DNA from: Malacoraja senta
Lineage: Eukaryota
Assembly (NCBI GenBank): GCA_038087875.1
Contig: CM075977.1
Coordinates: 362,638,001-362,702,000 of the forward strand
Length of the DNA stretch: 64,000 nt
Reading direction: 5' to 3'
The notes beneath the pieces are model-generated. The model ran no database searches. It was not told the DNA's origin and worked only from the letters and a program-made list of their open reading frames with translations. Position 1 is the first letter of the stretch. Each line of letters opens with the position of its first letter. Of the stretch, positions 59,349 through 64,000 are shown piece after piece. The position numbers and the translations under genes are program-made.

Positions 59349-60606
59349 CAATAGACAATAGACAATAGGCAATAGACAATAGGTGCAGCAGTTGGCCATT
59401 CGGCCCTTCGAGCCAGCACCGCCATTCAATGTGATCATGACTGATCATCCCCAATCAGTACCCGGTTCCTGCCTTCTCCCCATATCCCCTGACTCCGCTA
59501 TCTTTAAGATATCCCTATCTAGCTCTCTCTTCAAAGTATCCAAAAAAACGGCCTCCATCGCAACCTGAGGAAGAGAATTCCACAGTCTCACAACTCTCTG
59601 TGAGAAAAATTGTTTCCTCGTCTCCGTTCAAAATGGCTTACCCCTTATTCTTAAACTGTGGCCTAAGGTTCTGGACTCCCCCATCAGCGAGAACATGTTT
59701 CCTGCCTCAAGCGTGTCCAAACCCTTTATAATCTTAAATGTTTCCATAAGATTCCCTCGCATCCTTCTAAACTCCAGAGTATACAAGCCCAGCTGCTCCA
59801 TTCTTTCAGCATATAACAGTCCCGCCATCCCGGGAATTAACCTTGTAAACCTATGCTGCACTCCCTCGATAGCCAGAATGTCCTTCCTCAAATTAGGGTA
59901 CCAAAACTGCACACAATACTCCAGGTGTGGTCTCACTAGGGCCCTATGCAACTGCAGAAGGACCTCTTTGCTCCTATACTCAACTCCTCTTGTTATATAG
60001 GTCAATATGCCATTCCCTTTCTTCACTGCCTGCTGTACCTGCATGCTTACTTTCATTGACTGATCAACAAGGACCCCCAGATCCCGTTGTACTTCCCCCT
60101 TTCCCAACTTGACACCATTTAGATAGTAATCTGCCTTCCTGTTTTTGCTACAAAAGTGGATAACCTCACATTTATCCACATTAAACCGCATCTGCCCACT
60201 CACCCAACCTGTCCAAGTCACCCTGCATTCTCATAGCATCCTCCTCACAGTGCACACTGCCACCCAGCTTTGTGTCATCTGCAAATTTGCTAATGTTACT
60301 TTGAATCTCTTCATCTAAATCATTGATGTATATTGTAAATAGCTGTAGTCCGAGCACTGAGTTTTGCGGTACCCCACTAGTCACTGCCTGCCATTCTGAA
60401 TGGGACACGTTAATCCCTACTCTTTGTTTCCTGTCTGCCAACCAATTTTCTATCCATGTCAGCACTCTACCCCCAATACCATGTGCCCTAATTTTGCCCA
60501 CTAATCTCCTATGTGGGACCTTATCAAATGCTTTCTGAAAGTCCAGGTACACTACATCCACTGGCTCTTCCTTATCCATTTCCCTAGATACATCCTCAAA
60601 AAATTC
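59349..60606 (-). mobile_element. HER1/CR1 LINE 3' part (RT to tail)
   Basis: DFQKAFD, GVPQ, KFADD; (CTATTGT)n tail. Confidence 0.92.
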
Positions 60607-63600
60607 ACATGGGAGTGGTTTCTTAATAATCCAATTACAGATATCGATTAACCCCATACATAATAGACATTTCCCTAACCCAATAATGCAGCAGCTCAAT
60701 ACATTGTATAAGAAAGAAAGCTCTCGAAGGAAGCAAACAATAACAAGATTGAAACATGTGCCCTGAGATTCAAACAATTTCTCCAAGGCTCAACAGTTCG
60801 ACCAATCATCAATTAACAGGATGACCGTCTTGCAACATTATGTATACTGTTTACAATGTTTTTGCAGCAATCCAATAGAAATTATGCATTTAAGGTTAGT
60901 TTGCAAAACCACTATACATGTTATCAATTTAAGAGAAACAAGGAGAACACCTGGTCCCCTTACTATCCTGCATATCAGTCTGAGCCTAGACAGGCTGGCG
61001 CCAATCAAAGCTTGTAAAGTTCGGCTGACAAGGGTTAAGCAATTCTGACAAGTACAGGGATCCTCCATTTTATGGTGTCTTTAATTTAGCCAATATTAAC
61101 ATTCCCCCATTTTATCATTCATGATAACCCTCATTATAAATGATAACTCCAAAATACAATTATGACTGCTCTACTTTAACAATGTTCTAACAAGGAGATG
61201 TTGATGTTGCTTCTCAGAATTTCATCGAACTTCCCGAGTTTTCGTGGGCGTAGCTCCATGATTTCCGTCTAATGAGTCTTCATCTCCTGAGTTTTCGTGG
61301 GTGCGAATTCCCATCCATCGATCTTGATAGTCCATTGGTCCTTGATTAGAATTCCTAAGAAAACCTGCGAGAAAACAAGTTAGATACTGATACCTTCACT
61401 AATACTTTTACAATGATGAAGATGCACCCAGGCATTTCTTCTTTCTACTTTTGCTGCGGTAGGAGTCATTAAAAGAACTTGGTGCGGTCCTTCGCAACGA
61501 ACTTCTGATCCTTTCTTTACCCAATTCTTCACTAAGACATAGTCTCCAGTTTTACTTTAATGGGAATTACTAGTGAAGGCATATCCTCATAGGCTGCTCT
61601 CACTCTACAATGTAAATCCCTTAAGGCCTTTGCCAAGGCTAAGATATAGTCAGTCATCTCTGCACTCATATGGTGGAAATTAACTATTTTCATTGCATTT
61701 TGGTTCCAAGGGGTTTTCATGGGTATACCGTAAATAATCAGAGTATCATCTGAAATAGGGCTATTGGGAGTAATTTGTCTATCCAAGTCCAGTCTCTGAC
61801 TTTAATTTAGCTAATTTAGTTTTAAAGGTCTGGTTTGCTCTTTCTACAAGTACGGCAGCCTGTGATCGACAAGCACAGTGTAATTGCTGCTGGATCCCCA
61901 ACTGTTCACAAAATTCTTTATTGATTTGTGCAATAAAGCATGGACTGTTATCTGAGCTACGTCGAATGGGAATGCCGAATCTAGGGACAATTTCTCTCAT
62001 TAGCACCTTGAAAACAGTAGCCGCCAAGTAGCTAACAGTGTGTCCCCTACCGCTCTTGCACCACAATGGGTTGCATAGTGCATACACTCGATAACCCATA
62101 CTGACAATGTGTCTGTCATGCAAGTTTGCCCTGCTGGAGTGGTCCATAGCCCAGTCATATAATCCAGTACACATCCCAGTTGTCTCCTTCTCTCCTTATC
62201 TCCTTCAGTAGCCTCTTCTTCGAATTGAACGATTTCTTGGTTGGTCGGCATCAGTTTCTTCAAGTGGGACTTGTTACTTACACTTTTAGTCTGCCTCATC
62301 ATTCTAGGTACCATCACCTTAAGTTCCCATGATGCTATTTTCGCTACTAAATCGGCATTACGATTTCCAATGCCTACTGGGGTCTGTCCTTTAGTATGGG
62401 CACTACATTTTATTACATAGATTTGTCTGGGTAGCATTAAGGCCTTCAATAAATTTGTCACCAATTATTTGTGTGATATGTGGGTTCCTGCAGAGGTTAG
62501 AAATACCCTATTTTTCCATAATTGTCCAAAATCATGCACCACCCCAAATGCATATTGAGAATCAGTGTAAATGTTTACTTTTAGATCTTCCCCAATAATA
62601 CAAGCCCTAATTAAAGTGAATAATTCAGCTTGTTATGCTGAATAGGATGATTCAAAAGCACCTGCTTCTACAATCTCTGTCTTTTAATTAATAATTTCAT
62701 ACCCAGACAACCTCCAATGGATGCACTACCGTCCACATATAATGTGATGTCAGGGTCTTCCATGGGTACATCCCTCAAGTCCTCTCTCACTGATGTTTCC
62801 TCCTCTTTAACTTATGGACAGTTGTGTCCTGCTTCTGCTCGCTCTTCTGGGGGTGAAATAAGAAAAGAGGCAGGGTTAATTAATGTACAGTGTTTAAACT
62901 GCAATTTCGGATTGTTCAACAGATAGATCTCATACTTATTTTGGTGGCCATTGTCGGGCTGGTTTTGAAGCTGCCCCAACGATGCCGATACCGAATGTGA
63001 ACTGTACACCACAATTTCCTGCTGTAGTGTCAAATTAGCAGCCGATTGTAAAATATTGTCGATTGCTGTTTAGATTGGAGTGGAAAGAGGATGTCCCCTA
63101 GCTACTGGATCTAATTTGGAGGAGTATTATGCAACTGGTCTATGTCTATCCCCATGATTTTCCGTTAATACCGAAGTGGCACAATGGCCTTCCCAATGCC
63201 GGGGCTCGCATCAAAGATCTTTACAAGTTCTCAAATGCTTCCTGTGCCTCCTTTGTTAGTTTAAATTCACCCCCCTTGCTGGTATAGGGTGCTAGCTCCT
63301 TTGTTTCTAGAGCTATATTTGGAATCCAAAGTCTGCAATAATTGACCATGCCCAGCCATTGTCTCATTTGTTTGGCTTCTTTTGGGACTAGAAATTCGCA
63401 GATAGGTTCGAGTCAGCTCTTCTCAAGACTTCTTTCGGTGTCTGAAATTATAATCCCTAGAAATTTTACTTTCTCCTGAGCTACCAGTACCTTTGATGTG
63501 GAGACCACATATCCTAGATCGGCTAGATGATTTAGTAATTTTTCAGTGTCTTCCTGATTACTGGATTCATCTTTACTAGCCACCAATAGGTCATCAACAT

Positions 63601-64000
63601 ACTGCACTAATGTTGAATTAATTTTAAACTTTAAAGTACTTAGCTGATCCTGCAGACACCTGGAAAATAAAGTGGGCGAGTTGACAAATCCTTGAGGCAA
63701 CGTGGTCCAGGTATATTGTTGGCCCTTATAGGTGAAGGCAAACAAATATTGGCTGTCTTCATGAAGAGGAAGAGAAAAGAATTCATGTTGTAAGTCGACT
63801 ATCGAAAAGACTTTGGCATCAGCCGGAATTTGGTCTGGGATATGGTCAGGATTTGGCACGAGGGCATGAAGGGGTTCTACAACAGAATTGATTTCCTTAA
63901 GAGTTGTACGAGTCTATATTGACCCTCCTTTCCTGGTTTTGGAATGGCAAGAATAGGGGTGTTACAGATAGATTGGCACTTCACCAATATTCCTTGTTCT
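60607..64000 (-). mobile_element. pol: ERV-C: second copy of the env-less ERV (pol 61380-64000; PPT 61102-61113; truncated 3' LTR 60607-61101)
   Basis: LPQGFVNSPTLF, QYVDDLL, HYATHCG, SSDNS, ERANQT; LTR homologous to ERV-B. Confidence 0.93.

Noticed and set aside
60181-60786. 201-aa novel fusion protein
   Set aside because: Chance in-frame join of LTR U3 sequence to a LINE RT fragment, with a non-ATG start.

Overview
Eukaryotic, repeat-saturated, apparently gene-free 64 kb from a cartilaginous fish, most likely a skate/ray (HER1/CR1-type LINEs, HE1/V-type SINEs, Penelope-derived short repeats). No host protein-coding gene could be supported. The window is dominated by one family of env-less class I (epsilon/gamma-like) endogenous retroviruses, present in four forms: (A) a non-autonomous derivative, about 1657-8265, with a Gag stub and an eroded integrase; (B) a complete decayed provirus, 12131-26315, with a perfect tRNA-Pro PBS, 4-bp TSD and gag-pro-[2H phosphoesterase-like]-RT-RH-IN but no env; (C) a minus-strand copy running off the right end; (D) a solo LTR. 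A, B and C keep a splice acceptor and a conserved ~300-nt block with a twin 17-nt motif where env should be. Other elements: three L1 insertions with 14-17 bp TSDs (one just behind the ERV splice acceptor), a CsRn1-clade Gypsy element nested in a HER1 LINE, a HER1 copy with an uninterrupted ORF2, Rex1/Babar and Vingi fragments, Harbinger, hAT and Helitron non-autonomous elements, and several Penelope-type minimal hammerhead ribozyme motifs. All family assignments are by eye from motifs; none was confirmed by a database search.
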